DNA from: a virus
Lineage: Duplodnaviria > Caudoviricetes
Length of the DNA stretch: 49,130 bases
Reading direction: 5' to 3' (one strand)
IMG/VR virus record: IMGVR_UViG_3300032220_000083
Location: 1 to 49,130 of that record
Below the pieces are notes generated by a model. It was not told where the DNA came from. It worked only from the letters and a program-made list of their open reading frames with translations, and made no database searches. Numbering within the stretch: the stretch's first letter is position 1; every line of letters starts with the position of its first letter. A program made the translations under genes and the position numbers. Below are positions 25,798 to 35,856 of this stretch, piece by piece.

Positions 25798-26322
25798 ATG
25801 CCAAGCAAATCACCTGCTCAACATCGGTTGATGGAGGCGGTAGCGCACAATCCTGCGTTCGCCAAAAAGACAGGTATCCCTCAAAAAGTCGGCAAAGAGT
25901 TTGCCAAGGCTGATAAAGGGAAAGAATTTAAAGGAGGCGGTTTGTATGAAAGCATTCATAAAAAACGCGAAAGAATCGCTGAAGGCTCTGGCGAAAAGAT
26001 GCGCCGAGTGGGTAGTGAAGGTGCGCCAACGGCTAAAGCCTTCAAAGAATCAGCAAAAACCGCCAAATTAAAAGATGGCGGGCCAAGTCTTGCCGTTGGT
26101 CGAGGTGAAAAACTTTCGACAAAAGAAGGCGCAGGGCTTACGCAAAAGGGCCGAGACAAATACAATAGAGAGACTGGGAGCAAGTTAAAGGCTCCACAGC
26201 CTCAAGGCGGCGCTCGAAAGGACTCTTTTTGTGCCCGTATGAGTGGCGTTGTAGAACATTCAAAGGGGGACGCTCCACGCGCCAAGGCATCGCTGAAGCG
26301 GTGGGACTGCCCCGGTTGGTAA
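25798..26322 (+). CDS. Basic hypothetical protein (DUF6321-like C-terminus)
   Basis: MPSKS..Q.RLM.A.AH; GLT.KGR..YNR.TGS.LKAP; RK.SFCARMSG; RA..SLKRW.C. Confidence 0.65.
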   Translation: MPSKSPAQHRLMEAVAHNPAFAKKTGIPQKVGKEFAKADKGKEFKGGGLYESIHKKRERIAEGSGEKMRRVGSEGAPTAKAFKESAKTAKLKDGGPSLAVGRGEKLSTKEGAGLTQKGRDKYNRETGSKLKAPQPQGGARKDSFCARMSGVVEHSKGDAPRAKASLKRWDCPGW

Positions 26323-26331
26323 GGAACAAAC

Positions 26332-27393
26332 ATGGCGTATTCAGGAACCGTAGGTCAAACCGTCATCAATGTCCAAACATTGATCGATCACGGCGCTCGA
26401 CGCTGTGGCAAGTTGGCCGAGGAGTTGACCTCTGAGCAGGTTCTGTCAGCACGCCAGTCTCTTTATTTCCTCTTGTCTGATCTAGGCAACCGAGGCATTC
26501 AATTCTGGACAATCACCAAGAAGATTATTGGCCTGACCCCTGACAAGTACATATACGACCTCCCAAAGGGTTCTATTGACCTCTGGAACACGCTATATCG
26601 CACGATGAGCCGTCCAAGCGGGTCATACACCACTTCTGCTGGCGGAACCGTTGCAAACGCGTATGACGGCGATGTAGACACCATTTGCACGCAGACATCG
26701 ACCAACGGCAACATTGCGGTCAATTACGGCGTTTCAAACCCTGTCTACATTGGCTCGATTGGTTTGTTGCCTGCGTCCACTGGGACTTGGTCAATCATTT
26801 ACGAATATTCGATTGACGGCATAACATGGAAGACTTTGGTTGACCTTGGCTCTGTTGCTGTTGTTGACAACGAGTGGATTTGGACTGACATCGTTGCAGG
26901 CCAGACTGTCTCCTACTATCGTTGCCGTGTCTATAACGGCACGACGCTTTCTGTTCGCGAGTTGTACTTTGGGAACAATTCGCTTGAGGTGCAGATGTCT
27001 TCGCTCAACCGCGACGACTACACCAACTTGCCAAACAAAGATTTCACGGCCAACCAACCATATCAGTATTGGTATAACCGCCAGATTCCAAACCCACAAA
27101 TCTACATTTGGCCTGTGCCATCGACTGCTTTTGTGCAAATGGTTTGCTGGTACTCGCGCCAGATTGAAGATGTGGGCGCTTTGACTGACGAGTTGGAAAT
27201 TCCACAGCGTTGGTATGAGGCTGTGCAAATGATGCTGGCTCACAAGATGAGCCTCGAACTGCCTCAAGTTGCAATGGATCGCATTGGCTATCTGGAGAAG
27301 ATGGCCGAGAAGCACCTCTACATTGCAGAGCAAGAGGAGCGTGATCGCTCACCAATTTATTGGGCACCGAACATCTCGGTGTATACAGCGTAA
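26332..27393 (+). CDS. Head-tail adaptor/neck protein with inserted discoidin-like domain
   Basis: AR.SL..L.SD..NRG..FW; R.DY..LPNK; YIWP.P; insert with NAYDGD..T and YS.DG.TW. Confidence 0.6.
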   Translation: MAYSGTVGQTVINVQTLIDHGARRCGKLAEELTSEQVLSARQSLYFLLSDLGNRGIQFWTITKKIIGLTPDKYIYDLPKGSIDLWNTLYRTMSRPSGSYTTSAGGTVANAYDGDVDTICTQTSTNGNIAVNYGVSNPVYIGSIGLLPASTGTWSIIYEYSIDGITWKTLVDLGSVAVVDNEWIWTDIVAGQTVSYYRCRVYNGTTLSVRELYFGNNSLEVQMSSLNRDDYTNLPNKDFTANQPYQYWYNRQIPNPQIYIWPVPSTAFVQMVCWYSRQIEDVGALTDELEIPQRWYEAVQMMLAHKMSLELPQVAMDRIGYLEKMAEKHLYIAEQEERDRSPIYWAPNISVYTA

Positions 27394-27767
27394 TGCCAAT
27401 CTTCCTCGACACAACAGGACTGACTTCGATTGCCATCGGCGTATGTGACCGATGCAAGATGAAACGCGCCTTTGTGCAATTGGGGCCAGACCCCAACTTC
27501 CCCGGCTTGCGGGTGTGCGACCAAGGGTGCAGGGATCAATTTGACCCCTATCGCCTTGCCGCCCGTAAGACCGAGCGTATCAACCTGCGGTTTCCTCGTC
27601 CTGATGTACCTATCGGTGCTGGCGACAATTACCTGATGACTGGCAGTCAATCAATGGATGGCACAAGCCAGTTCCAGATTTCGACTGAGCAGAACACACA
27701 GACGCCAACATTGACAGGCAACAAAGACACGATTGCGCCGAACCCGCCCGACAATACGAGTACATAA
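27393..27767 (+). CDS. Small Cys-containing neck-module protein
   Basis: CDRC..L.VC..C.D..DP..RPD; TAATG overlap. Confidence 0.6.
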   Translation: MPIFLDTTGLTSIAIGVCDRCKMKRAFVQLGPDPNFPGLRVCDQGCRDQFDPYRLAARKTERINLRFPRPDVPIGAGDNYLMTGSQSMDGTSQFQISTEQNTQTPTLTGNKDTIAPNPPDNTST

Positions 27768-30377
27768 ATGTCAGCACAAGTCGCCATTACCCAACTCCCA
27801 ACCGCTGGTGCCATAACAGGCACTGAGGCGGTTCCTATCGTCCAAAATGGCGTGACCGTGCAGACTACGACGGGCGCGATTGCCGCTTCGCCGTCGCAGA
27901 CTTACACATACCTGACCGTCAACCAAACCCCTCAGTTGCCCAACAGTCGTTACTTTGGCGCAACCAATGGCTTGTCGATTACTGACGGTGGTGCGCAAGG
28001 ACTCTTCAATATCAGCACCACAGGCGCTTTATTGTCTCTGGTGAACTCTGGTACTGGGTTCCAAGTAAAAACCTCTTCTACGGCCATTACAGGCCGTTCT
28101 ATCGCTGTTACTGGCGTTGGGCTGGGAATTACCAACGGCGACGGCATTGCAGGCAACCCAACTATCGCTTTGGCAGGCCAAGTTTTGTCTTTGGCGAACC
28201 TTTCTGGCAATGGTTTAGTGACCGTCAACACGAGCGGGATCATCAATTCGACCAACATTCTGGGCACCGCAAACCAGATTTCGGTGGCAAATGGGGACGC
28301 TGTAAGCGGTGCGCCGACGGTTGCGCTGGCTAATAACGCGATATTGCCCGGTACCGCCTCGATGACCGTGCCTCTTGGCACTACTCTCCAACAGCCTCTT
28401 GGCTCTAATGGTCAATTCCGATTTAACACCACCACGCAGACCTTTGACGGTTATGCGGCTGGTACATGGCGACAGTTCTCTCTGTCTGGCGGTGTAACGA
28501 CCTTCAGTGGCGGCTCTACTGGCCTGACACCAAACACCCCAACTGGTGGTGCTGTGACCCTCGCTGGCACGCTGATTGTGCCGAACGGTGGTACGGGCGC
28601 GACAAGTTTGCTTGGCTATGTCTACGGCAACGGCACGGCCTCCATGACGGCCTCGACCACCATTCCGACGACTGACTTGAGCGGTGTGATCACCAATGCT
28701 CAATTGCAAAACAGTTCTGTGACTTACAACGGCGTGACCGTTGCTCTGGGTTCTTCTGGCACGATTACGGCGACCGCATCAAATCCTTTGACAATTGGCA
28801 CGGGTTTGACTGGCTCGTCCTACAACGGCTCCGCGCCCGTCACCATCACGATTGATTCCACTGTTGCCACCTTGACTGGTGCGCAGACGCTCACAAACAA
28901 AACGATGAGCGGTGCAAGCAACACCTTTACAAACATTCCAAACGGCGCGTTGGACAACAGCACCATCTCTGGTGTAACGCTGGGTTCCAACTTGTTTGCG
29001 TTGACCATCGGCACTGGCCTGACTGGAAGTTCGTATAACGGCTCTGGCGCTGTGACTGTTGCAATTGACTCGACCGTCGTGACATTGACAGGCACTCAGA
29101 CACTGACTGGAAAGTCGATGTCTGGCTCAACCAACACATTTACAAACCTGCCAAACAGTGCGCTGACCAACAACTCGATCACGCTAGGCACAACCAATGT
29201 GGCGCTTGGCGGTACAAGCCTGACCCTTGGTGGATTGACTTCGGTTACGGTTACCCAAGACCCAGTAAGCAATTTCCAGTTGGCGACCAAGCAGTATGTT
29301 GATACCTTGGTTGCCTCTGGCATTCATTTCCACACGCCTGTTCGCGTCGAGTCTCCAACTCCGCTGAATGCGACCTACAACCAACCCGGGGGTGCTGGCG
29401 TTGGCGTAGGCGCAACATTGACCAATGCAGGCACCCAAGCCGCTTTGGTGATCGATGGCGTTACGGTCGCAGTCAATGACCGCGTGCTGATTTACACCCA
29501 AACAAACGCCACTCAAAACGGCGTCTATGTGGTGACTGATACAGGCTCTGTTTCAACAAACTGGATTCTGACGCGCTCGTCTGACACCGACACTTACGGT
29601 ATTGTTGGCCCAACAACACTGAGCGAAGGCTCGACCTTCTTTGTTCAGCAAGGCACCACTGGCGCTGGTGAGACCTACACCTGCAATACGCAGGGTGTGA
29701 TCGTCTTTGGTACGACCAACATCAATTTCGTGCAGATCAGTTCTACGCAGATTTATTCAGCAGGCACTGGTTTGACATTGGCTGGCACGCAGTTCAGCAT
29801 CAGCAACACTGCGGTGACTGCTGGCGCATACGGCTCTGCATCATCTGTTGGCACATTTACTGTGAATGCTCAAGGTCAATTGACCTTGGCTGGAAACACT
29901 GCAATTGCCATCAACGGCAACCAGATTACTTCTGGCATTGTGGGTTCTGCGTACATCAGCGGCTCTTACACTGGCATCACAGGTGTTGGTACGCTGACCG
30001 TAGGCGCATGGAACGCTTCAACAATTGACGCAGGCTTTGGCGGTACAGGAATATCTACCTACACTGGTGGTGACTTGCTGTACGCCTCTGGCACCACAAC
30101 TCTTGCCAAGTTGGGTATTGGCGCGGCCAACTATGTGCTGACCTCGTCTGGCACCGCTCCTCAGTATGTTGCTCAGTCAACCCTGTCTGTTGGCTCTGCG
30201 ACAAATGCAACAAACGCAACGAATACCGCGATTACGGCTGACTCGACAAACGCAACAAATTACCTAACTTTTGTCAATGCTACTACTGGAAATCTGGGGC
30301 AATTGGTAAACTCATCAATAACTTGCAATCCATCGACTGGCAAATTAACAGGCGGGATCGCTGGAGGAACTTTCTAA
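27768..30377 (+). CDS. Tail fibre protein
   Basis: T/G/S/N-rich repeats (TLTG.QTLTNKT, ATKQYVD, IDGV....DRVL..QT.ATQNGVY, Y.AGTGLTL). Confidence 0.8.
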   Translation: MSAQVAITQLPTAGAITGTEAVPIVQNGVTVQTTTGAIAASPSQTYTYLTVNQTPQLPNSRYFGATNGLSITDGGAQGLFNISTTGALLSLVNSGTGFQVKTSSTAITGRSIAVTGVGLGITNGDGIAGNPTIALAGQVLSLANLSGNGLVTVNTSGIINSTNILGTANQISVANGDAVSGAPTVALANNAILPGTASMTVPLGTTLQQPLGSNGQFRFNTTTQTFDGYAAGTWRQFSLSGGVTTFSGGSTGLTPNTPTGGAVTLAGTLIVPNGGTGATSLLGYVYGNGTASMTASTTIPTTDLSGVITNAQLQNSSVTYNGVTVALGSSGTITATASNPLTIGTGLTGSSYNGSAPVTITIDSTVATLTGAQTLTNKTMSGASNTFTNIPNGALDNSTISGVTLGSNLFALTIGTGLTGSSYNGSGAVTVAIDSTVVTLTGTQTLTGKSMSGSTNTFTNLPNSALTNNSITLGTTNVALGGTSLTLGGLTSVTVTQDPVSNFQLATKQYVDTLVASGIHFHTPVRVESPTPLNATYNQPGGAGVGVGATLTNAGTQAALVIDGVTVAVNDRVLIYTQTNATQNGVYVVTDTGSVSTNWILTRSSDTDTYGIVGPTTLSEGSTFFVQQGTTGAGETYTCNTQGVIVFGTTNINFVQISSTQIYSAGTGLTLAGTQFSISNTAVTAGAYGSASSVGTFTVNAQGQLTLAGNTAIAINGNQITSGIVGSAYISGSYTGITGVGTLTVGAWNASTIDAGFGGTGISTYTGGDLLYASGTTTLAKLGIGAANYVLTSSGTAPQYVAQSTLSVGSATNATNATNTAITADSTNATNYLTFVNATTGNLGQLVNSSITCNPSTGKLTGGIAGGTF

Positions 30378-31478
30378 ATGGCACAAGCAGGCTATACACC
30401 AATTCAACTGTACTACAGCACCACTGCGAGTGCTGTGCCGACTGCTGGCAATCTTGCTGATGGCGAGTTGGCGCTCAACATCACTGACGGCAAGTTGTAC
30501 TACAAAGACGGCGGCACGGTAAAACTGCTGGCCTCCAACGGCGGCTCAAGCCCTGTAACCTCGTTCCAGACTTCTTTGGGTGGTTTGACCCCATCCACGG
30601 CCACAACTGGCGTGGTGACCCTTGCAGGCACCTTGAACACCTCTTCTGGTGGTACGGGCCTGACTTCATACACCGCTGGTGATCTGTCCTACTATGCGAC
30701 GGGCACCGCTCTGACCAAACTAGGCATTGGCTCTGCTGGTCAGATTTTGACTTCGACTGGTGCCGCTCCGCAGTGGTCTACGCTGTCTGGCGTGGCTGTG
30801 ACGACTTTCTCTGCTGGCACAACTGGATTGACTCCTGCGTCAGCAACTTCTGGCGCAATTACTTTGGCTGGCACTTTGGTGGTGTCAAACGGTGGTACTG
30901 GGTTGACCAGTTTGACCGCTGGCTACATTCCTTTTGGTGCTGGTACTTCTGCCTTTGGTAACTCTGCAAACCTGTTCTGGGACTCTGCAAACAACCGATT
31001 TGGTGTTGGCACTTCGTCCCCTGCGGTGACGGTGTCAATTTCCGCAACTGATGCGATTTTGTTGCCTGTCGGAACGACTGGTCAGCGCCCAACTGGCGCG
31101 ACTGGTTATCTGCGATTCAACACAACGACTGCCGCTTTTGAGGGCTACAACGGCACCTCTTGGACTTCTGTGGGTGGCGCGAATGTCACCAATGACACCA
31201 CGACAGCGACGGCTCTGTATCCGCTCTTTGCAAATGTGACCACGGGCGCGGCGACCAATGTCTACACCTCAAACGCAAAACTGCTTTACACGCCTTCTAC
31301 TGGCGAATTGCAGTCTGCTGAGTTGTATGCAAACAATGGGGTGCTTACCCATGCAAACCAAGTCTCTACAAGTTACACCGTTCCAACGAATGCAAATGTG
31401 ATCACGGTTGGCCCTTGGACAGTTGCGTCTGGCGCTACTTTCACTCTGCCTTCTGGTAGCCGTCAAGTTCTTCTGTAA
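30378..31478 (+). CDS. Tail fibre protein with Mtd-N-like N-terminus
   Basis: P..L.DGELALN.TDGKLYYK; GGTG repeats; PVGTTGQRP..GY.RFNTT...FEGY. Confidence 0.75.
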   Translation: MAQAGYTPIQLYYSTTASAVPTAGNLADGELALNITDGKLYYKDGGTVKLLASNGGSSPVTSFQTSLGGLTPSTATTGVVTLAGTLNTSSGGTGLTSYTAGDLSYYATGTALTKLGIGSAGQILTSTGAAPQWSTLSGVAVTTFSAGTTGLTPASATSGAITLAGTLVVSNGGTGLTSLTAGYIPFGAGTSAFGNSANLFWDSANNRFGVGTSSPAVTVSISATDAILLPVGTTGQRPTGATGYLRFNTTTAAFEGYNGTSWTSVGGANVTNDTTTATALYPLFANVTTGAATNVYTSNAKLLYTPSTGELQSAELYANNGVLTHANQVSTSYTVPTNANVITVGPWTVASGATFTLPSGSRQVLL

Positions 31479-31487
31479 GGATAAAAA

Positions 31488-32501
31488 ATGTCAACGATAC
31501 GCGCAGGAACAACTACTACAACCGCCCTACAGACTACGGGCGACACAACTGGCAATATTGTTTTGCAACCAGATTCTGGTGTTGCAACTATCAGCGCGAC
31601 TGGTGCTTTGACTATGCCTGTTGGAACAACCGCACAACGCCCTGCAAGCCCTGCGGTTGGTCAGCAAAGATGGAATTCAAGTTTAGGCTCAATGGAGGTC
31701 TATGACGGAACGGCTTGGGAGTCAATTCAGCCACTTACTTACACGGCTGAATATTTATTGGTTGCTGGGGGCGGTGGCGGTGGTTCATACGGTGGCGGTG
31801 GTGCAGGTGGTTATATAGCGAATTCTGAATCCCTAACAGCGGGACAGACAATAACCATCACCGTTGGCGCAGGAGGAGCGGCTAACACCAGTTACTCTAC
31901 ATCAGGCGCTGATGGTCAGTCCTCAGTTTATGGCGCTATATCCACAGTGGGTGGTGGTGGTGGCGCTCAAAATGCGTCTTCAGGTGGGGCAACGGGGCGT
32001 TCAGGCGGTTCTGGTGGTGGCGGCGGCTATGGAACAGCAGGCGGGGCAGGCACTGCTGGTCAAGGCAACGCTGGTGGCTCTGGCGCATTCAGCGACCCAA
32101 ATTATAGCGGCGGTGGCGGCGGAGGCAAAAATGCTGTTGGTGCTAATGCATCTGCGGCAGTCGGTGGCAATGGCGGAGCAGGGTTGGCGTGGCTTGATGG
32201 CACAACATACGGCGGTGGTGGTGGCGGCGCGACTTGGCAAAGCAGTGCCACAAAAGGAACTGGTGGCGCTGGCGGCGGTGGTAATGGAGGCACTTGGGCA
32301 AGCGATTCAAGCGCTTCGGCTCAAGGTGGTTCCGCAGGGTCTGCTAACACAGGTGGTGGTGGCGGCGGTGGATACGCAGGAGGTTCTGGCGTCGTCATCA
32401 TTCGTTATTCTGGCGCTCAAAGAGGTACAGGTGGCACTGTAACAACCTCTGGCGGTTACACCTACCACACCTTCACCTCTAGTGGCACATACACTGCTTA
32501 A
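31488..32501 (+). CDS. Glycine-rich receptor-binding/tail protein, paralogue 1
   Basis: PVGTTAQRP shaft motif; YLLVAGGGGGG ... GGSGVVIIRY ... YHTFTSSG. Confidence 0.75.
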   Translation: MSTIRAGTTTTTALQTTGDTTGNIVLQPDSGVATISATGALTMPVGTTAQRPASPAVGQQRWNSSLGSMEVYDGTAWESIQPLTYTAEYLLVAGGGGGGSYGGGGAGGYIANSESLTAGQTITITVGAGGAANTSYSTSGADGQSSVYGAISTVGGGGGAQNASSGGATGRSGGSGGGGGYGTAGGAGTAGQGNAGGSGAFSDPNYSGGGGGGKNAVGANASAAVGGNGGAGLAWLDGTTYGGGGGGATWQSSATKGTGGAGGGGNGGTWASDSSASAQGGSAGSANTGGGGGGGYAGGSGVVIIRYSGAQRGTGGTVTTSGGYTYHTFTSSGTYTA

Positions 32502-32513
32502 AAGGAAAAGAAC

Positions 32514-33620
32514 ATGACATCAATCATCAAAGCAGATAACGGTGCAGTCTCTGGCGTAACAGGGATAACCACATCTGCTGACAATAGCGGAACATTAGAA
32601 CTTCAAGCAACAAGCGGTCTCATTGACATGGACAACGCAACGGGTGCATTGTGGTTACCGTCTGGAACCACAGCACAGCGTCCTGCATCTCCTCAAAACG
32701 GGCAAATTCGTTACAACACAACCACAGGAACTCCTGAAGTTTATTTTGCAGGAAGTTGGGGTAATTTTGGAGCCACTTCTGCAACATCGGTAAATTATTT
32801 AATAGTTGCTGGCGGCGCTGGCGGCGGCGGTGGTAGAAGTGGTGATGGTGGAGGTGGAGGTGGAGGCGCTGGTGGTCTTTTGACTGGCTCAGTTGGCGTT
32901 ACTGCTGGAACAACTTACACGGTCACTGTTGGTGCTGGCGGAACTGGTGGTTCAGGAGGTAGTTCGTCATCCTCCGCAACAGACGGAGGCAATTCTTTGT
33001 TTAGTGCTTTTGGCACTTCGTCTGTTGGTGGCGGTGCAGGCAGGAATCAAGATGGCACAAATGGAGCATCAGGAGGTTCTGGTGGAGGGGGCGCTGGCGG
33101 TGGTAGCCCACCCCCCGGTGGTGGTGGCTCTGGCACTTCTGGACAAGGAAGCGCTGGAGGTTCAGGAACAGGTTCGCCTAACTACGGTGGTGGCGGTGGT
33201 GGCGGCGCATCTGGTGGTGGTGGTAGTGCCTCTTCAAGTGGTAATGCTGGCTCTGGTGGAGCAGGAACTGCGTCCGCCCTCTCTGGTGCTTCAGTGACTT
33301 ATGCTGGTGGTGGTGGTGGCGGCGTATTCCAGTCAGGAACTGCATCTCCGGGCGCTGGTGGCGCAGGTGGAGGTGGTGCAGGCGGTGCTTTTGGCGGTGG
33401 TGCTGGAGTTTCTGGCACTGCAAATACTGGCGGCGGCGGCGGTGGAGGAACTGGTTCTGGCGGAACAAATTACAGCGGTGGCAATGGCGGCTCTGGTGTT
33501 GTGATAATTTCATACCCCAGCACATTTACAGCCGCAGTTACAACAGGCTCTCCAACTATCACAACCTCTGGTGGAAATCGTATTTATGTTTTCACTGGTT
33601 CTGGTTCCATCTCTTTCTAA
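32514..33620 (+). CDS. Glycine-rich receptor-binding/tail protein, paralogue 2
   Basis: Same architecture as 31488..32501. Confidence 0.75.
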   Translation: MTSIIKADNGAVSGVTGITTSADNSGTLELQATSGLIDMDNATGALWLPSGTTAQRPASPQNGQIRYNTTTGTPEVYFAGSWGNFGATSATSVNYLIVAGGAGGGGGRSGDGGGGGGGAGGLLTGSVGVTAGTTYTVTVGAGGTGGSGGSSSSSATDGGNSLFSAFGTSSVGGGAGRNQDGTNGASGGSGGGGAGGGSPPPGGGGSGTSGQGSAGGSGTGSPNYGGGGGGGASGGGGSASSSGNAGSGGAGTASALSGASVTYAGGGGGGVFQSGTASPGAGGAGGGGAGGAFGGGAGVSGTANTGGGGGGGTGSGGTNYSGGNGGSGVVIISYPSTFTAAVTTGSPTITTSGGNRIYVFTGSGSISF

Positions 33621-33641
33621 TCTTTTCAAGGAGCAATCAAC

Positions 33642-33995
33642 ATGGCACATTTCGCAAAAGTAGTAGACGGCAAGGTATCGCAAGTTATCGTTGCTGAAAA
33701 AGAATTCTTTGACACCTTCGTGGACTCGTCCCCCGGGGAGTGGATTCAGACCTCATACAACACTCACGGTGGCGTTCACGCTAACGGTGGCACACCTCTG
33801 CGTAAAAACTACGCTGGTATCGGCTATACCTACGACCGCACTCGTGATGCGTTCATCCCTCCTCAACCCTTTGCATCTTGGACTCTTGATGACAACACTT
33901 GCTTGTGGAATGCACCAGTTGCAATGCCTACTGATGGCAAGCGTTACGCATGGGACGAGGCTACAACTGCTTGGGTTGAAGTGCCTGCACAATAA
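33642..33995 (+). CDS. Tail fibre-associated protein (MAHFAK type, possible chaperone)
   Basis: MAHFAK..WIQTSYN..RKNYAGIGY.YD..DAFIPPQP..SW.L....C.W..P..P.DG..Y.WDE. Confidence 0.7.
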   Translation: MAHFAKVVDGKVSQVIVAEKEFFDTFVDSSPGEWIQTSYNTHGGVHANGGTPLRKNYAGIGYTYDRTRDAFIPPQPFASWTLDDNTCLWNAPVAMPTDGKRYAWDEATTAWVEVPAQ

Positions 33996-34014
33996 TTAAA
34001 AAGGGGAAATTGCT

Positions 34015-35034
34015 ATGGCAATTGTTTTAGACGGAACAACGGGCGAAGTATTCCCCTCATGGACTACTGCGGGTCGTCCTGCATCTCCATCAACAAGCCA
34101 GATGGGTTACAACACAACTCTTGGCGCAATGGAATATTGGAATGGGACTCTTTGGGCGTCATTTGGTGTATCCATTACACCTAGCGTTCAATCTTTAGTT
34201 ATTGCAGGCGGTGGTGGAGGGGGAGGTTCTTCCCTTTCATACACCTGTGGAGGTGGAGGTGGTGCTGGTGGCTATCGCTCATCTGTTGTTGGAGAGTCTT
34301 CTGGCGGAGGGGCTTCTGCTGAAAGCACTCTTGCGGTTTCAGCAAATACTACATATACAGTAACTATTGGCGCTGGCGGTGCTGGCGCAGTAGGTACAGG
34401 AGCCGCATCGGCTGGCAGTAACTCTGTTTTTGGTTCTATTACATCTACTGGAGGTGGTTTTGGGGGTACAGCGGCTCCTACTGCAACACAAGCATCTTCA
34501 GGTGGCTCTGGCGGTGGCGCTCAATATTATGGCGCTGGAACAATTGGCTCTGGCACTGCTGGACAAGGCTACGCTGGTGGCACTGCTTTTGGCAATAGCA
34601 GTGGCGATGGCTCTGGTGGTGGCGGTGGTGCTGGTGCTGTAGGAGCAAATGGCGGTGATACTTTTGGGGGGAATGGCGGTGCTGGTGTTTCCTCATCAAT
34701 TACTGGCTCTGCTGTAACCCGTGGCGGCGGCGGTGGCGGTGGAGTTTGGTTCACTGGTACAGGAGGAACTGGCGGTTCAGGCGGTGGCGGAAATGCTAGT
34801 GCGCCATCATCAAACGGTTCTGCTGGAACAGTAAACACTGGCGGTGGTGGTGGTGGTGGTAGCGCAAACAACACTGTTGATGTAAATGGTGGAGCAGGCG
34901 GTTCTGGCGTTGTAATTATTCGCTATTTAAGTTCTTATGCAGATGCAACAGCAACAACTGGTAGCCCAACATTTACAACCAGTAGTGGATACAAAATTTA
35001 CACCTTTACCTCTTCTGGCACGATTACCTTCTAA
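34015..35034 (+). CDS. Glycine-rich receptor-binding/tail protein, paralogue 3
   Basis: Same architecture; GGYRSSV.GE.SGGG.SAE insert. Confidence 0.75.
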   Translation: MAIVLDGTTGEVFPSWTTAGRPASPSTSQMGYNTTLGAMEYWNGTLWASFGVSITPSVQSLVIAGGGGGGGSSLSYTCGGGGGAGGYRSSVVGESSGGGASAESTLAVSANTTYTVTIGAGGAGAVGTGAASAGSNSVFGSITSTGGGFGGTAAPTATQASSGGSGGGAQYYGAGTIGSGTAGQGYAGGTAFGNSSGDGSGGGGGAGAVGANGGDTFGGNGGAGVSSSITGSAVTRGGGGGGGVWFTGTGGTGGSGGGGNASAPSSNGSAGTVNTGGGGGGGSANNTVDVNGGAGGSGVVIIRYLSSYADATATTGSPTFTTSSGYKIYTFTSSGTITF

Positions 35035-35043
35035 GGATAAAAA

Positions 35044-35184
35044 ATGGAAAAACTACAAATCTCCGCACAACTGCTTAATTCACTCATTGGCTATCTAGGC
35101 ACTCGTCCCTACCAAGAAGTATTTCAATTGGTAGAAGCGTTGCAAGCGGAGGCAAAGAACCAGCCAGAGAAAGAGTCTGAGTAA
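35044..35184 (+). CDS. Small hypothetical protein (46 aa)
   Basis: AAGGA RBS; YLG.RPY.EV..L motif; TAATG overlap. Confidence 0.6.
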   Translation: MEKLQISAQLLNSLIGYLGTRPYQEVFQLVEALQAEAKNQPEKESE

Positions 35185-35399
35185 TGGCGGATGTTCACGA
35201 ACTGGCCTCTGAAACGGACAAGCGGTTGAGCGTCCACGAGGCTATTTGCGCCCAGCGTTATGAGGGCATTCAGGGTCGCTTTGACGATGGCTCAAAACGC
35301 ATGACCAAGATTGAGTACCTCTTGTATGGGGTGATTGTGTGCGTGCTGTTTGGCCCCGGGGTGGCTGGCGAACTCATTAAGAAGGTACTGGGGCTGTAA
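35184..35399 (+). CDS. Small coiled-coil + TM protein (holin/XhlA-like)
   Basis: L..HE.ICA.RY, then one C-terminal TM helix; start of the lysis cluster. Confidence 0.55.
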   Translation: MADVHELASETDKRLSVHEAICAQRYEGIQGRFDDGSKRMTKIEYLLYGVIVCVLFGPGVAGELIKKVLGL

Positions 35400-35854
35400 T
35401 GGTTGATGTCACCAAAGCCATTGGAGCCGTTGCCGCTAGTGTTGCCGCACTAGGCGGCAGTTACACGCTTGCCGACAAGTTTGGCTTTTTTGACCGAGCA
35501 ATCATTGAATGGTCGCCAGAGAATTTTAAAATTGTGGCAGAGGCTAACAAGCCAATCACTGTCACGGTTGCAAGAATAAAGAAGCGGGACGACTGCTCTG
35601 TCGAAAGTTTTACGCCAAGCATTCGTGATGCGGCAGGCATGGTGCATGAAGCGACCACCACCGCAAGCAAGTTTAGTGGCCCAGCAGGCCCAGAGATCGA
35701 CACATTCACCTACGAACTTACGATGGTGAGAAAAGAAAAAATTGCTGAAGGCAAGGCAACTTTGCTGGCAACGATCAAATACAAATGCCCTGAAGGGGAG
35801 CGCGTTGTGCAGTATCCCCGTCATGCAAATCTGAGTTTTTATTTAAAAGGGTGA
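35399..35854 (+). CDS. Membrane-anchored lysis-module protein
   Basis: N-terminal hydrophobic segment; beta-rich domain with 2 Cys. Confidence 0.55.
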   Translation: MVDVTKAIGAVAASVAALGGSYTLADKFGFFDRAIIEWSPENFKIVAEANKPITVTVARIKKRDDCSVESFTPSIRDAAGMVHEATTTASKFSGPAGPEIDTFTYELTMVRKEKIAEGKATLLATIKYKCPEGERVVQYPRHANLSFYLKG

Positions 35855-35856
35855 TC

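Noticed and set aside
30378-35034. Diversity-generating retroelement suggested by the Mtd-N-like domain and paralogous fibre tips
   Set aside because: No reverse transcriptase, and no TR/VR pair differing only at adenines, was seen in the window.
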